Of a DNA stretch of 64,000 nucleotides, positions 1 through 14,400 are shown one piece after another. The stretch covers positions 1 to 64,000 of the forward strand of contig OY253680.1 in the NCBI GenBank assembly GCA_958009085.1, read 5' to 3'. A model generated the notes under the pieces. It searched no databases. It was not told the origin of the DNA and worked only from the letters and a program-made list of their open reading frames with translations. This DNA is from Protoeuglena noctilucae (Eukaryota). The translations under genes and the position numbers were made by a program. Each line of letters begins with the position of its first letter. Position 1 is the first letter of the stretch.

Positions 1-203
1 ACCCTAACCCTAACCCTAACCCTAACCCTAACCCTAACCCTAACCCTAACCCTAACCCTAACCCTAACCCTAACCCTAACCCTAACCCTAACCCTAACCC
101 TAACCCTACCCTAACCCTAACCCTAACCCTAACCCTAACCCTAACCCTAACCCTAAACCTAACCCTAACCCTAACCCTAACCTAACCCTTACCTACCCTA
201 ACC
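1..203. repeat. Telomeric repeat array (CCCTAA)n = TTAGGG on the minus strand
   Basis: Direct tandem CCCTAA from base 1, with variant units (CCCTA, ACCTAA, CCTAA, CCTTA) accumulating toward the internal junction at ~100-203. Confidence 0.99.
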
Positions 204-1728
204 CGATACAGTACGGGCCGGGGCACGCACAAACGGGAAGAGCCGGCACCATGGCCCGCCCTCGATGAAGTCCGCCTTATTGGCGGCTGCCGTGGCCATT
301 TTCGTTGCCTTCGCACGACGCCGCTGTAGGGAAGCCTAACCTTCCTATCGGGTTGGATTGAGCCTCTGTCGGACCAGGGATTACCCGCCCCAGTCGCGAC
401 TGAAGCACGGCAGGCGTCCCACTTCTTGGCTCTCCCACAGCTTTCCCATCGTCATCTGGGTCTAACCTCGCCCTCTGACCGTGCCTCCGCCTAAACCATC
501 GGCTTGCCAATTGTATGCAGATTGCATGCAGAGGAGTTTCTTCGCCCCATGTATGCAATGCGTGGCGCGGGTGGGGCTCGGTTGACCAGGCCTGAACCTT
601 CGCGGCACTCTTTACCCGTAGGGTGATGACCTGGCTCAACGTTTGGAGCTGGCTGCCCGGCAGCCGCCAGTAATTGATTCGCAGAGCATCCACTTGATTT
701 TTGTGACTTGGTTCACAGGCGCTTGCAGCCATTGATGTCATGTCGGACCCTTCCAGCACCCTTTTCAACCCCCACCGTAGTGCAGAGCGCGCGAGATATC
801 AGTTTGTCGCCTAGGCAAGCTGTTGTTAGCGATGCAGGCCTGATTGAAGTAATCCGGATGACCTAGGCGATGAAAGGCCTCCCCGATTGTCCCGCTGAGT
901 CTCAACAATCTTGGGACGGCAGGCGTCGGGTCAGGCGGCCGTCAAAAAGCAACGAATCCCGTCCGTCTGACAACGACCTGCTTGAAACGGCCCTTGTCCT
1001 CCCAGCACCTTCGCGGTCTGCCATCCTCCACTTTGACATCGCGATTACGGTTCCCTGCGTCGGAGACCGCTTTTGCGTCGTGCTCGCGGGAACGCTGCAA
1101 GCCGTACGAGCGCGCCTTGAACCTCGATCCTCGGTGGTAAAGAGCTCTTTGGGCCGCGAGACGGTCGGGCTTTAGCGGCTAGCGGCAAGGGGGGCCCTCA
1201 TCGCCCTCTTGGCGGGGGTGCCGAAGGCGAGTCGGGACCTGCGGGCGTGCGAGCGTGGCCATCCTCCTTCCTTGGAACAGATGTTCGGCGTGGGACCGGC
1301 TCCCGGCACCGTGGCCTCCTCTCCCGCTGCCCTCTCCAACATGCCCGTTTGACAGTGGCCGGGCCGGGTGCAGGGGTTTCGCCGCGGGGCCGATTCATCG
1401 GGGATATCCTCTGGGTTCCCGCGCGATGCGCACCCGGCTCCCTCGCCCCGCGAGTTCGTCAAGGCCAGCGTTTGGCGCTCTTCGCTCGCGTGCCCGTTCC
1501 GGGCCGTTCCGGCGCCTCCCGTTTCCCTGGGCGCATCTGACCGCTATGACGCATTCCTAAAGTGCGCGCCACGGGACTGTTTTCGCGCGAGAGTGGCCCC
1601 GGGCCCGCCTCTCCCGCGGCGCACCTGTCCATCGCCCGTCAGGTCGCGCGGCGCCGTGCCGTCGCGCCCGCCCCGCGCCGTCGCCGTTTTCTGACGATCC
1701 TCGTTCCACCTGCGCAGCCGACTGGGCC

Positions 1729-4233
1729 ATGGCGGACGAGGGGACGTCGATGGCACAGGCCAGCACCAGTCAACCCAAGGAGGGTCAGCCGGGGACCGCG
1801 GAGGAGCTCGTGGATCTCCCAGATCTTCGTTTCGACGGCAAGTTTGCGGACTTCGACCGCAGCAACAACCGGCAGGCGAGTGCTTCCGCGGGGGGGCGTG
1901 GTTGTGAACCGGTGGCCTGTCCCCGCACCGCGCTGCGCCGGCGCCCTCGCGACCGCCCTGCCCGACGCGGGCAATCAGAATTCACCCCGTCGCCGCTTCC
2001 CCATCCGCGATTGGCCGCCCGCCGCAGGTGATCAGCTCGTGGGCAGGGTCGGGGCAGCACCGCATCGTGCGGACGTTCCACTCAGACCGGGTCGTCGGGA
2101 ACGGCTCTTTCGGAGTCGTGTTTATGGCAACGGTGAGCCGCAGCCGCGGCGGGGGCTCCCGCGCGTCTCTGCGCGAGCGGCCGGGTCGCCCGGCGCTTGC
2201 GCGCTGTTTTCTCCGCGCGACGCCCGCCCCGCGCCCCGCCGCAGTGCCTCGAGACGGGCCAGAAGGTGGCGATTAAGAAGGTGCTGCAGGACCGCCGCTT
2301 CAAGAACCGCGAGCTCGACATCATGCGCATGGTCTCCCATCCCAACATCGTCCGCCTCCTCCACTGCTTCTTCACCTACGACCGGCGAGTGCTGAATATC
2401 ATGCGCGTTGGTAGTTTGCTTGATGAGAAGATATGCCATCCACGCACCGCCACTCCACTCTCCACTCTCCACTCCACTCCGCGGGAGCAAGATGTCTCTC
2501 GACCGTTTCAGCTTTGCCAAGAAAGCAACCCCTTCTGCTCCCCTCGCCTCCCTCGCAGGGACGACATGTATTTGAACCTGGTGCTCGAGTACGTGCCCGA
2601 CACGGTGTACCGCCTGTCCAAGCAGTACGCCAAGCGCGGCCAGCGCATGCCTGCCGAGGAGGTCCGCATGTACGTGTACCAGATATGCCGGGCGCTGCAC
2701 AGCATCCACCAGCAGGGCATCTGCCACCGCGACATCAAGCCCCAGAACCTCCTGGTGGACTCCGAGTCGCATGACCTCAAGCTCTGCGACTTCGGGTCCG
2801 CCAAGCAGCTGCGGCGGGGCGAGCCCAACATCTCGTACATCTGCTCGCGCTACTACCGCGCCCCCGAGCTCATCTTCGGCGCCACCGACTACACCACCAA
2901 GATCGACATGTGGAGCGTGGGGTGCGTCATGGCCGAGCTCTTCCTGGGGATGCCCCTGGTGAGATGATGGGCGGGGAGTGGGTGTGATTGGGGGAGTGGG
3001 AGAGTGGGGGAGTGAGGGAGTGGGTGACTGGGGTTGACGGGGTGACTGAGTGGGTGACTGGTTGTTAAGATGCCGGCTGTGGGTCAAGCGCAGTGTCGCA
3101 TCCCCGCCTGCGTTGGGCACCCGCACAGTCGCCCACATCAACACCCTCACCGTCACCCCCACCCTCACCCTCACCGCCACCCTCGCCCTCATCCACACCC
3201 TCACCCTCACTGCCACCCCCACTGCCACCCTCACCCACACCCCCACCCACCCCCTCACACTCCCCCCCTTCACCACCCCCCCCAGTTCCCCGGGGAGTCC
3301 GGCGTCGACCAGCTGGTGGAGATCATCAAGGTGCTGGGCACCCCGACGCGCGAGGAGATCCGCGCCATGAACCCCAACTACACCGAGTTCAAGTTCCCCC
3401 AGATCAAGGCGCACCCCTGGTCCCGGGTGTTCTCCAAGACCGTGCCCCAGGAAGCCATCGACCTCCTCAGCTGCTTCCTCCAGTACGACCCCACCAAGCG
3501 CATCTCGGGTGAGATGGGGGGGGGGGGGGGGGGGTTGGGTTACACAGCAAGCGCATCTTGGGTGAGAGATGCAAGAGGTGTTGATGAGGTGCAGATACGG
3601 TGTTGTGTGGGTGACACGGGTAGTATGAGCGCATGTTGGGTGAGAGAGGGGGTGGTGGTGGGGATAACACAGCAGGCGCATCTCGGGTGAGGGGATGGGG
3701 TGGGGGTGTGACATGGGTAATATAAGCATCTTGGGTGAGGGGGGGCGGGGCGGGGGTCGGGGTGGGGGTAACACACCAACTGTCACCAATACCATTCACT
3801 GCGTTCTTAACATCCCTCCCCCCTCACCCCCCCGCAGCGATCGAGGCCATGGCTCACCCCTTCTTCGACCCGCTTCGCAAGTCGGGGGGCTCCCTCAACG
3901 GCCTCCACTTCTGCAACTGGGTCGCGGGGGAGCTGGACGGGGTGGACGCAGCGCTGGTGGAGAAGCTGCAGCCGGCCAAGGTGACACATGCACTGCCGGG
4001 GGTGGGGTGGGGTGGGGTGGGGGGCTGCGATGTGTGGGGACGATCGATCAGTGCTGACGTGGGTGGGGTGGGGGGATGCGATGGGTGGGGACGATCGATC
4101 AGTGCTGACGGGGGTAGGCCGGCCGGGTCCACGCACCATGGCGTGTGACCTCGCGTCAACATTACATCCACATCACATCCATGCATCCCCCTCACTCACT
4201 CTCTCCGCTCCGCCTCCGTCCCCGCAGTCGTGA
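1729..4233 (+). CDS. GSK3: Shaggy/glycogen synthase kinase 3 (7 exons)
   Basis: Exons ~1729-1875, 2028-2132, 2245-2384, 2559-2958, 3286-3508, 3838-3980, 4228-4233 splice in frame. Motifs [65 protein letters not shown]. Introns 1 and 3 have GC donors. Confidence 0.97.
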
Positions 4234-5122
4234 ACTGGGTGCATGGGCACGCCCACTGCATCAATGTGCGGCTGTCATGCCCCAACACAGCGCTGTTAGC
4301 ACCGGCCCGCCCCGCCCCACTCACTGCTGCGGTTGCGGGCGGGTGCGGGCATTGTCCGGCTCTCTTTTGGTCCCACGGAGCGACACATGCATCCGCCAAG
4401 CACCCGTGCTTGCATGGTGGGCATGGACATACGAGGGCTTGCTTGGAAGTGACGTCACAAGGGCCGGCGTGGGTCAAGGTCGATACGAACGAGGTCTCTC
4501 CTCTCAAACGAGGTCTCTCCTTAGCCAGCCAAAGCAGGGCATGGGCCGTGGTAAGCCACCCTCCTCGATGCCCCCTGTCGCGGCCCTGCATGCGGCTCTG
4601 TGTGTGGCTCTGTGTGCCCTGCGGCCTGCCAGCGTGGCGCCCGCGATCCCGCCTCTGCCCCTGTCCTTTGCCTTTGCCTCTGCTCTGCCCCTGCACATCG
4701 CATGCACATGCCCCACCCCCGCCGGCCATGGTATGTTGGGGTGTGCGGGGTGCGTGGGGTGCGCAGCGCGGTGGGTGCGTTCGAATCCCAATCCCAGCAT
4801 TTGTCCCTTTTTGAAGGTCAGCCGTTTAAGCCAAGCTGGCCACGTGACCGGGACGCCAGTCACACTGCTGACAGGGTCCCCAGACTGAACCCAAAGTGTT
4901 CCATTTCACCATCCGTCCCTTCACCAGCAGCATCATTCAAACTCCCGATCTATGTCAATGCAATGCACTGTGCAACGAAAGCAGCAAGTGCCGACCTACT
5001 CAACGTGACGCCCAACATCGCACAAACCACCGCCCCTCTCTTTGTCATCACACAGCCACCCCCCCAGTCCCTCCCTCCCACATCGCCACCACAGCAGCGC
5101 GCCCCCCGTGCCACAAACCCCA

Positions 5123-8100
5123 TCACGCCACCGACCGCGCCTCGTGCTTGAGTGCCTTCTCCGTGGCTTCTTCCACAATCGCCTTGAGCATGCGCTTGGC
5201 CTGCTTGACCGCATCCGCAGACGGGCCCTCAATATACAAATACAGCTTGCGGTCGCCCTCGGGTATCTTGGCGCCGGGCTTGTAGTAGTTGCCTCTGACC
5301 ATGATGGAGCACTGGGTGGCCTCGGTGATGTCGCGGAGGTTCTCGCGGTGCGTGACCTTGTGGCTGAGGGGGGGGGAGGGGGGGGTAAGGGGTGAGTCCA
5401 AAACAATCCCTTACAACACATCCCCTCACCGTGCCTGCTGCGCTCACTCATCCCCCCAACACATGCCATCCACACCTCCCCAACCCCATCCACACTCACC
5501 GCGCGTTCTGCACAAAGTCGTTGATCTCCAGCTCCGCACTGAGGGCCGTCCACTCGTTGACGCTCCGGGGCTGGGAGGCGGCCATGGCCGACGCCTCCAG
5601 TGTCTGGTTGAGGCGGTCGATGACGCTGGCAGCGGCGAGCCGGGAGTCCAGGGATGAGCCGCCAGAGAGGGCGGCGGCGATGGCGGCGGCCTGGGGGAGG
5701 GGGGGGTTGGGGTTGGGGTGGGGTGATTGTTGGGAGCAGCGGCGATGGCGGCGGTGCAAACGGGGAATGAAAAATGGAGTACATAGAAAAATAAACCCAT
5801 TCCATACAAGATGTAAACCCCCAGTCACTTATCCCCCTCCCCTCACCTGCGCGGCTGCCCGTGACGCCTCGAGTGACGCCTCCGGCACCCTCGCACTAGC
5901 ACCCCCACTCGCACCGCCACTTGCACCCGCACCACTCGCACCGCCACCCGCACCGCTCTCCTCCCCAGCTGCGCGGTCGAAGCGACTGCGCCGGGGCTGC
6001 CCACTGACAACCCCACTGGTACCCACACCCGCACTTGTACCCGCACCCGCACCCGCACCCGCACCCACCCCCGCTTGCACCGGGCGCGTCATGCCCGGCC
6101 TGCCCACCACGGGCGGCGGGGGCGGCATGGACGCCGCGTCTGCGCTCGCCGTCTGCGCTGCTCCCGTCGTGATGCCAGTCGTGGTGGGCTTGCCAAATGC
6201 CTCGAGGTCGTCGTCGTCGTCTGCGGTGTCGCGCTTGGTGGTGGGGGCGTCTGCAGGGGGAGGGGGGAGGGGAGGGGTGAGTGGGGGGGATCGGGTAGGG
6301 TTAGTTTGGCATGTGTGAGAGGGGAGTGGAATGGGGGGAGGGAAGGGCACGATTGGAAGGGGGAGGTACATGAAGTGGTGTGTGCGAATGCGCCAACACA
6401 AACACGCACACTGCTAACAATCCATCGCAACCACGCCCATGACCCTCCATTCAACCACTCCCGGCCCCTCACCCACCCCCACTCCCCCACACCCCCCCCT
6501 CACCCCGCCCCCCCCCCCACCACCCACCATCCTCCAACCCCCACCCAAACTCACCCACGTCCACCAGCCCGTGCTTCTGCACCTCCGCGGCCCTCTCCGC
6601 CTTCCTCTCGCTCTCCTCCTGGTCGTCGAATTTGAATCCCGACCCACCATACCCCGACCCGTGCTTGGTCGCCCTTCCTTCCTTCACCGCCGTTTTGAAC
6701 TCGTCTGCCAGCTTGAGCAGGTCTTCCGGCACCGGCGGCCCCGCGTCTTTGAGCGCTTTGACGAGGTCCGGCGCGTACTGCGACTCGTCGGGTGCGATGA
6801 AGGTGATGGCCGTGCCCTGGTTGCCCGCGCGCCCGGTGCGCCCCACCCTGTGCACGTAATCCTCCAGGTGATTGGGCACATCGTAGTTGACCACCAACAC
6901 CAGGTCCGCGATGTCGAGACCGCGGGCGGCGAGGGAGGTGGCGATGAGCACGTTGCACACGCCGGAGCGGAAGTCCGCCACGGTCGACCCGCGGTCCGCC
7001 TGGTCCTTCCCCCCATGCAGGGACAGGCAGGGGTATCCCAGCTGCAGCAGTTCCCGGAACAGGTGGTCGCAGGCGTCCTGTTTCTGCACGAACACCAGCA
7101 CCTTGCCGCGGTCGTACCACTCGCCAAGGATCTCCAGCAAGCGCAACAGGCGGTCCTGCTGGGGCCGCACTTCCACGATCTGCTGGATCGATGCGTTGAC
7201 CACCGCGCGGCCGCCCACGAGAATCTCCACGGGATCTGCCAGCAGCTGCCTGGCCAGGTGCTCGACTTGGCGGGGGAAGGTGGCGGAAAAGAGCACGGTC
7301 TGTCGGTCCGGCCGGACCTGCTCCACCAGCCGCGTCACTTGCGGCTCGAACCCCATGTCGAACAGTCGATCCGCCTCGTCGATGACCAGCATGGTCACCC
7401 GCCACAGATTGGTGATGCGCCCGTTGCCAGTGACCAAGATGTCGATCATGCGTCCGGGCGTGCAAGCCACCATCTCCGTCCCGCGTTTGAGGTCCGCGAT
7501 CTGCGCGCCCACCCCGCTGCCGCCGTACACCGCCACGCACCCCAGCCCCACCACCCGCCCGAACCGCCGGCACTCGCGCGCGATCTGCGCCACCAGCTCA
7601 CGCGTGGGTGCCAGCACCAGCCCCACCGGCCCGTCGCCGTCCCGCAGCGGCGGCTGGTCCTTGATGTGCCTAAGCATCGGCAGGACGTATGCCAGCGTCT
7701 TGCCGGAGCCAGTCTTGGCGATGCCGATGCAGTCGCGGCCGCTCATGATGGCCGGGAGTGCCTGGGCTTGGATGGGGAGAGGGGCTGCGAACCCGGCCTT
7801 GCGCAGTGCGTCTTGCAGTCGCTGGGACAGCCCCGCCTGGTTCCAGGATGTGATGGGGGCGGGGACGTCCCGGCCGCGCACGCGGATGCCGTCCATCGTG
7901 CGGCGCAGGTGCTGCACGCCGTCCTGGGTTGAGAGGGGAGGGGGTGAGAGGTGGTGAGAAGTGAGAGATGAGAGAGGGGGAGTGAGTGGGGTGAGGACAG
8001 AGGGCAGAGGGGAGAAGTGACACCCCTTGCATACGACATCTCAATAACCCAGTGCAGCAGCGCACTATGGCAATGCTAACACCCACCATCCCTGTCCATG

Positions 8101-10561
8101 CCACCAACCCCATCCCACACACAACACCGCCCCACTCCACCACTCATCTCACATGTACCCCACCCCATCCCCTCACCTAGCTCATGTTGGCCAACACCAT
8201 CACTTGCACATCACATCCACACACACCCACATTCCACCTCTCACCTTGCTCATGTTGGCCACCTCGGGGGGCGGGATGTAGAAGTTGCGTCGGAAAGGGG
8301 GGAACGTGTCCGGCCTCATCTGCAATAGATCCGCCAGCTTGTCCCCTTTTGTCAGCTTCCCCACTCGCAGTGCCTCTGCCCACGCGGCGTCGTCATCGAG
8401 GATGTTGTCGGGGGATGGGCCAGCTGTGTCGGTGGCGGAGGGAGCCTCACCTTCTGTGGGGGGAGAGGGGGGGGGTGGGGGAGTGGTGAGGGTGGGGTTG
8501 GGAGGTGGGGGTTGGGGTGGTAGTGGGGGTAGAGGTACTGGGCTGAGAGGCGGATTGATTCTCGGCCATGCATCAATCCCACAAGAGATCATCACTTGCA
8601 ATACTATCCTCGCACACATCCATCGACCAGCACCCATCACCCGACGCATGGCACGACACCCCACGCACCGCACCCCCTCTCCACATCCCCTCACCTGACT
8701 CGCTCCCTGCCCACGGGTCCTCTCTCAAACTCAGCACCTCCCCCCTGCGACCCACCACCGCATCCCGCACCGCCCCATTCCCCGCCACACCACCACCACC
8801 GCCCTTCCCCGCCCCCGCCCCCGCTGTCCCCACCTCTCCCGTCCCCCCACCCCCCTCCGCCCCATCCCCACCCAACTCCTCCAACCCCAGACTTTCCAAG
8901 GATATCCCCGGCGATGCGGGAGTGGCTGGCTTGACGGTAGGAGTGGTGGCTGCCTGGCCCCCTTGCAGTGCGGGTGCGGGGGTGGGGGGCGCGCCAGTGT
9001 GTGAGGGAGAGGGGGGGCCGGTGACGTCAGCCCTCCCCACATCTGCGGGGAAAGGCAAAAGGGAAGGAGGTGTTAAAGTGTTATATAATAGTAGTGGTGA
9101 TGACGCTTGGAGCATAGGGAGAGGGAAGGGATGCTTGGGTGTTGGACAATAAAGCTGAGTGGCAAGGTGTAACAGATGTGATCTGCTAACATATCCCTCA
9201 CCGATCCTGTCTGCCCCGATCTCCGCCATGAATGCGTCCAGGTCGTCCTCCTCCTCGACCCCCAGGCCCAGCCCCAGGTCATCGTCCACAGCCGCCACCC
9301 CAGGGGCCGCGTCGTCGTCATCGCCCGACTCTGCAGGAGAGGGGTGACGGGGGAGAGTAGTGAGAGTGGGATTCGAGTGGAATCAAGCACTGCGGTTCAT
9401 GGTACGCGCAATGTTACAATCGGCAACAATACAGAGCAATGCTTCCGTTCGACGCCAACGGACGCGACACCCGAGCAACCCATCCCACTCACCCATGCCC
9501 ACACATGCAGTCACCCCATGCCCATTCCCTCTATCCCCACTCACCCATGTCAATGTCGTCGTCCCATTTCATCGCCGCCCGCCGCCTCCGCCCCGCACCC
9601 CGGCCGCTCCCCGCCCCCGCATCCCCCGCCCCCTCCCCCGCATTACCAGCAGCAGCAGCAGTGCTCGTTCCCGCCGCATCCGCCGCACCACTCCCCCTGT
9701 CTTTCTCCCTATCACCCCCACCCCCTTGTTCGCGTGCCGTGCCCCTTCCATCCCCACGGTCGCCCCCATTGGCCTCTCTACCGCGACTGCCGTCGGCACC
9801 CCTACCATCACGCGCCCTGTCCCTCTCCCTATCCCTCTCCCTTTCCCGATCCCTGTCCCTCTCCCTATCCCTATCTCTCTCCCTTTCCCTTTCCCTTTCT
9901 CGGTGGTCGCCCCGGCTGCTGTCACGGTCGCCCTCCCTATCCCTGTCCCGCTCTTTGCCACGATCCCTATCTCGTTCCCGATCCTTCTCCCTATCCCTGC
10001 CACGATCTCGATCCCGATCTCTGTCCCTATCCCTATCCCTGTCACGCCCCCTCTCGCGCTCCCGGCTGCGACTGCGGTCCCGCCCTGAGCCGCGCGCCGC
10101 GGGCCTGGGGCTGCCGCGCCGGTCACGATCTGCGCGGAGGAAGTAAAAGAAGTTTTGCACACGATGGGCGGGGAGCGTGCGAAGGGGGGCAAGTGCAGGC
10201 GCTGAGCATCGCGCTGCACACCTCGCGGCTTGGAGGAGGAAGGAGAAGGAGACTCGGACCGCGAGCTCTTGCGGTCGCGGAGACCCGGGGCATCCGCGGA
10301 GGGACGCCTGCGGGGGAGAGGGCGCGCGGGCGGTGAGCGGTGCGCGGCTGTGCTGCGGCGCCCGGCCACGCGCGGAGGGACGGCCCGCGGCGCGCGCCGA
10401 GGCCGGTCGCTGAGCCAGCGGGGGTCAGAGAAGGAACAGCATTACCAATGCTATCGATCAGAGAAGCTGCTGCGGCGGCATGTCCACGAGCGGCGCGGCG
10501 CGCGGCGCGCAAAGCAGGCGTACCTGGGCTCCAGTCCCGCTACCGGTTCCCGGCTCCCCAT
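5123..10561 (-). CDS. DDX46: DEAD-box RNA helicase DDX46/Prp5 (RD/RS-rich N-terminus, helicase core, C-terminal KH-like domain)
   Basis: RD-repeat exon ~9548-10130, DDLDAFM motif, FRRNFY. Core exon ~6556-7926 has AKTGSGKT, PTREL, DEAD, SAT, HRVGRTGRAG, GYGGSGFKF. C-terminal ELEINDF...RGNYY...LYLYIEG. Start inferred from the in-frame exon 10561-10524. Confidence 0.93.
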
Positions 10562-11484
10562 GTCGCCCCCGTCGACCAGCTCCTATCCAGATCCAAACGT
10601 GGGCAGCGGGGCATCCACGTCTGCGTGCCCAGCGCGCGTTCTCGATCCCCGGCCGTGGGCCCGGGACGCAAGAGGGGAGCGGGCGGACCGAGGGTCCGTT
10701 CTTGTCCTGGCACAGCGGCTGACCGCCCCGCGACGCGATGCCTCCTGCCAGCAAACTTCGGAAACGAGCGGCTCCCGGCCCAGTTACCTGCGGCTCCCGC
10801 GGGTGCGAGGCACCAGGGTGGGAACCAGCCTCGGAGCGAGCCGGGAGGCCGGGCGACGGGGCGCCGCGGCACGGGATGCGAGAATCGGTATCCTAGTGGC
10901 GCACGCAATGCAGACACGGCCCACAGCCGCGATCGACGCCGGGAAAAGGAAATGCGCCTCGGCGCGGGTCAACCAGGCCGCTCGCGCACCAAACTACGCG
11001 ACTTCTCTTGCAGATGAGGGCGGGCAGCAGGCAAGAGCGCGATGGCGGGGCAGCGGCAGGGTGCGGGGCCCCAGTTTGAGCGATGTGTCGGACAAGGGCA
11101 CGCCCCGGTTCTCGTTTCGAGACCCCTTGCGCCATTCCCGACCGCCATGAGCGTCTTGCGCGGTCGGAGTAGCTGCGCGAGTGTCGGACGTAGCCGCCGG
11201 CTGGCCGAGGACCCCTCCAGTGGCCGCAAACCGGGAGCGACACGCGGACTGCCTGGAGTGCCCTCCTCGGGATCGCCTGCTCGGGCAAGCAGGTGCCGGA
11301 TGGCGGACGGATGTCTCCCATGCAGCCTGGGCAAGCCGGGTCGCCGGCCGTGCCGGCCTCGGCGCGCCTCGGGTTCCCTTTATCCAGAGCAGCCAGGCGT
11401 TCCTGGGAACCCTTTCCCGCGCTCCCCGCGCTGCCTGCGCACGCGCACGATCCGCGTCCGTTCCGTTCGTTTCACCCGCAGGTC

Positions 11485-14400
11485 ATGAGGCAGTTCCCGG
11501 CCGTCCTGGGCTGCGGGGCGGCGCCCCCGGTCCTGGTGTGTTCGTGCGCAAGACTCCGCCCCGCGCTCGCCCCCGCGCGCACCCGGCGCCCCGCCCCCGA
11601 CTCCGCGCTCTCCGATATCATCCGCAGGCCCGCCGGGCGCGCGCCCTCCCCCCGCTGGCCCGCGCGGCCCCTCCCTCGCTGCTGCGCAACGTGGCGACGC
11701 GTGCCGAGGGCGACAACGGCGCAGCGCAGGCGAAGGGGAAGGGCAAGGGCAAGAACAAGGGCGAGGAGGAGCCCCCTTCCGCGTACCGCGACACGGTGAT
11801 CCTGCCCGACACGCCCTTCAGCATGCGCGCCAACAGCAAGACCCGTGAGCCCGAGCTGCAGGCCTACTGGGCAGAGCGCCGCATCTACGAGCGCCTGCTG
11901 GCCCGCAACGAGAGCGGCGGGTCGTTCGTGCTGCACGACGGCCCCCCGTATGCCAACGGCGACCTCCACGTCGGCCACGCCCTTAACAAGGTGCTGAAGG
12001 ATGTGGTGCTGAAGTACCACCTCATATCTGGCAGGCAGGCGCGGTTCGTGCCCGGGTGGGACTGCCACGGCCTGCCGATCGAGCTGAAGGTGCTGCAGAC
12101 GCTGTCAGAATCGGAGCGGGCGGGTCTGACCCCGCTGGGATTGCGCGCCCGGGCGGCGGCCTTCGCCAAAGAAGCCGTGGATCGCCAGATGGCCGGTTTC
12201 AAGCGGTACGGCGTGTGGGGCGACTGGGACCAGCCGTACCTGACTCTTCAACCGGAATACGAGGCGGCGCAGATCGGCGTGTTTGCCGCCATGGCGACCA
12301 ACGGGCACATCTATCGGGGCAAGAAGCCCGTCCACTGGTCTCCCTCCTCGCGAACGGCGCTGGCCGAGGCAGAGCTGGAGTACCCAGAGGGGCACACCTC
12401 GCCCTCCATCTACGGTGAGGGGCGGTGGGGGGTGGGGGGGGTGTGGGTGTGTGGGGTGGGTGTGGGTGGATGTGGGGGTGTGGATGTGTGCGGTGTTGGG
12501 GGTTTGTGTGGGATAGATGGATGGATGGGCGTTGAATGGGGTGTGTTTGAGTGTGTTTCGCTTACCACCCGCATCCCATCCCCTTCCCTCTATGCCCCCA
12601 GTGTCGATGCCAGCAACTGACGTTTCCGACAAGGTCCCGTCCGACCTGCGCACTGCGATGGTCTCTGAGGGTGCGTCCTTCATGGTCTGGACCACCACCC
12701 CCTGGACTATTCCGGCCAATCTGGCCGTGGCTGTCAACGACCGCCTCGACTACGCGGTGTGCCGCGTGACGGCGGTGGAGGGGAGCAAGGCGGTCGCGCC
12801 CGAGGGGTGAGATGTGCATATTGCATGGCATAGCATAGTTGAGAATGGTTGATGAGGGGAGCGAGAGTAGCGTGGCATGGAATGGGTGGTGGTGGCGATG
12901 AGTGCGCGGAGCGTGGTGGTGGCGACGGTAGGCACAGACTGTCTTACCATCCCATCCCCCCCAGTCTCGTGATCATCGCCAAGGACCTCGTCGACTCCCT
13001 CTGCGCCAAATTTGGATGGAAGGCGGACATCGTGGGTGTGGCGACGGGCGCGATGCTCGAGGGAAGCACGTATAAGCACCCCCTGTATGATCGCACGTCG
13101 CCTGTGGTGGTCGGCGGGGATTACATCACGACGGAGTCGGGGACGGGGCTGGTGCATACGGCGCCAGGGCACGGGCAGGAGGACTACCAGGTGAGAGAGG
13201 GGGTGGTGGGGTGATGGGTGATTAGGGGTTGTGTTTTATGGGGTGGGGGTGGTAGTAGTGAGGGGGGATAGTGGGTGGGCAGGAGGACTACTAGGTGAGG
13301 GATGGGGGTGGGTGATGGGGTAATGGGTGTTGGGTGGTGATGGGTTGGGTGGTAGTGGGGGTGGTGGTAGGGGTGGTGCTGCGAAGGTGCGTGGGGGTTA
13401 GTGAGAGTGGGAACACGGTGCATCCAAACCCCATCAGTCTTCATTTATCTTATCTTTTGTGGTTATGTTGACACGTCCCTCACTGCATCACCCCATCGCA
13501 GGTGGGCATGCGTTACAACCTGGGCCTGCTCTCCCCCGTCGATGAGGCGGGTCGCTTCACGGCGGAGGCGGGGGCGAGGTTCGAGGGGATGGCGGTGCAG
13601 GAGGAGGGGAACAGGGCAGTGACGGAAGCATTGCAAGAGGTGAGGGGGCATGCAATGCTAGTTATTGATATAACTGAGAGTGCATTGGACGACTAGAGAT
13701 GCAGGAGCGCTACCCCCACAACCACCATTCATCACTCATCACCCCTCTCTCCCCTCCCCCTCGCAGTGCGGCTGCCTCGTCATGCAGGAGCGCTACCAGC
13801 ACAAGTACCCCTACGACTGGCGCACCAAGAAGCCCACCATCTTCCGCACGACCGAGCAGTGGTTCGCGTCCGTCGAGGGATTCCGGAACGCAGCTTTGGA
13901 TGCAGCCAAAGCAGTGGAGTTCGTGCCCAGCGCGGGGGCGAATCGGCTGATGGCGATGGTGGAGGGGCGGTCGGACTGGTGCATCAGCAGGCAGAGGAAG
14001 GTGAATGGGGATGAATGGGTGGGAATTGGGGATGGTTGTGATGAGTTGCGTGTGATGATGAGGATTAGTAGTCGTGTTGGATATGATGAGAGGGAGTGGT
14101 GCATCAGCAGCAGTTCTGTTGTTAGCGTTACATGTCACCCGTCAACATTCAAAAACCCCCTCACCCGTCAACATTCAAAAACCCCCCCTTCTCCCCCCCC
14201 CCCCCCCAACAGTGGGGCGTCCCCATCCCCGTCTTCTACCACCGCCAGACTGGCGAGCCGCTCATGACGCCAGAAACGATGGGGCACGTCCAGAAAGTGG
14301 TGGCGGAGAGGGGGTCCGATGCCTGGTGGGAGATGGGCGAGGCGGAGCTGCTGCCGGAGGTGAGGGGTGGGGGTATAAAATTTGAATTTAATGAGTGATA

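Noticed and set aside
277..768. Subtelomeric ORF with EETPLHAIC, resembling the ETxxH tail of a non-LTR retrotransposon zinc knuckle
   Set aside because: No upstream CxxC and no RT or endonuclease motifs nearby; the similarity is too short to support a call.
6556..7926. Unusually long intronless exon covering the DDX46 helicase core
   Set aside because: It could reflect intron loss, but a single long exon is not informative without orthologs.
2122..10369. Long antisense or alternative-frame ORFs (e.g. 2122-3795 -, 6439-7932 +, 9344-10336 +)
   Set aside because: These are shadows of real genes and of G/C-rich introns; high GC suppresses stop codons.
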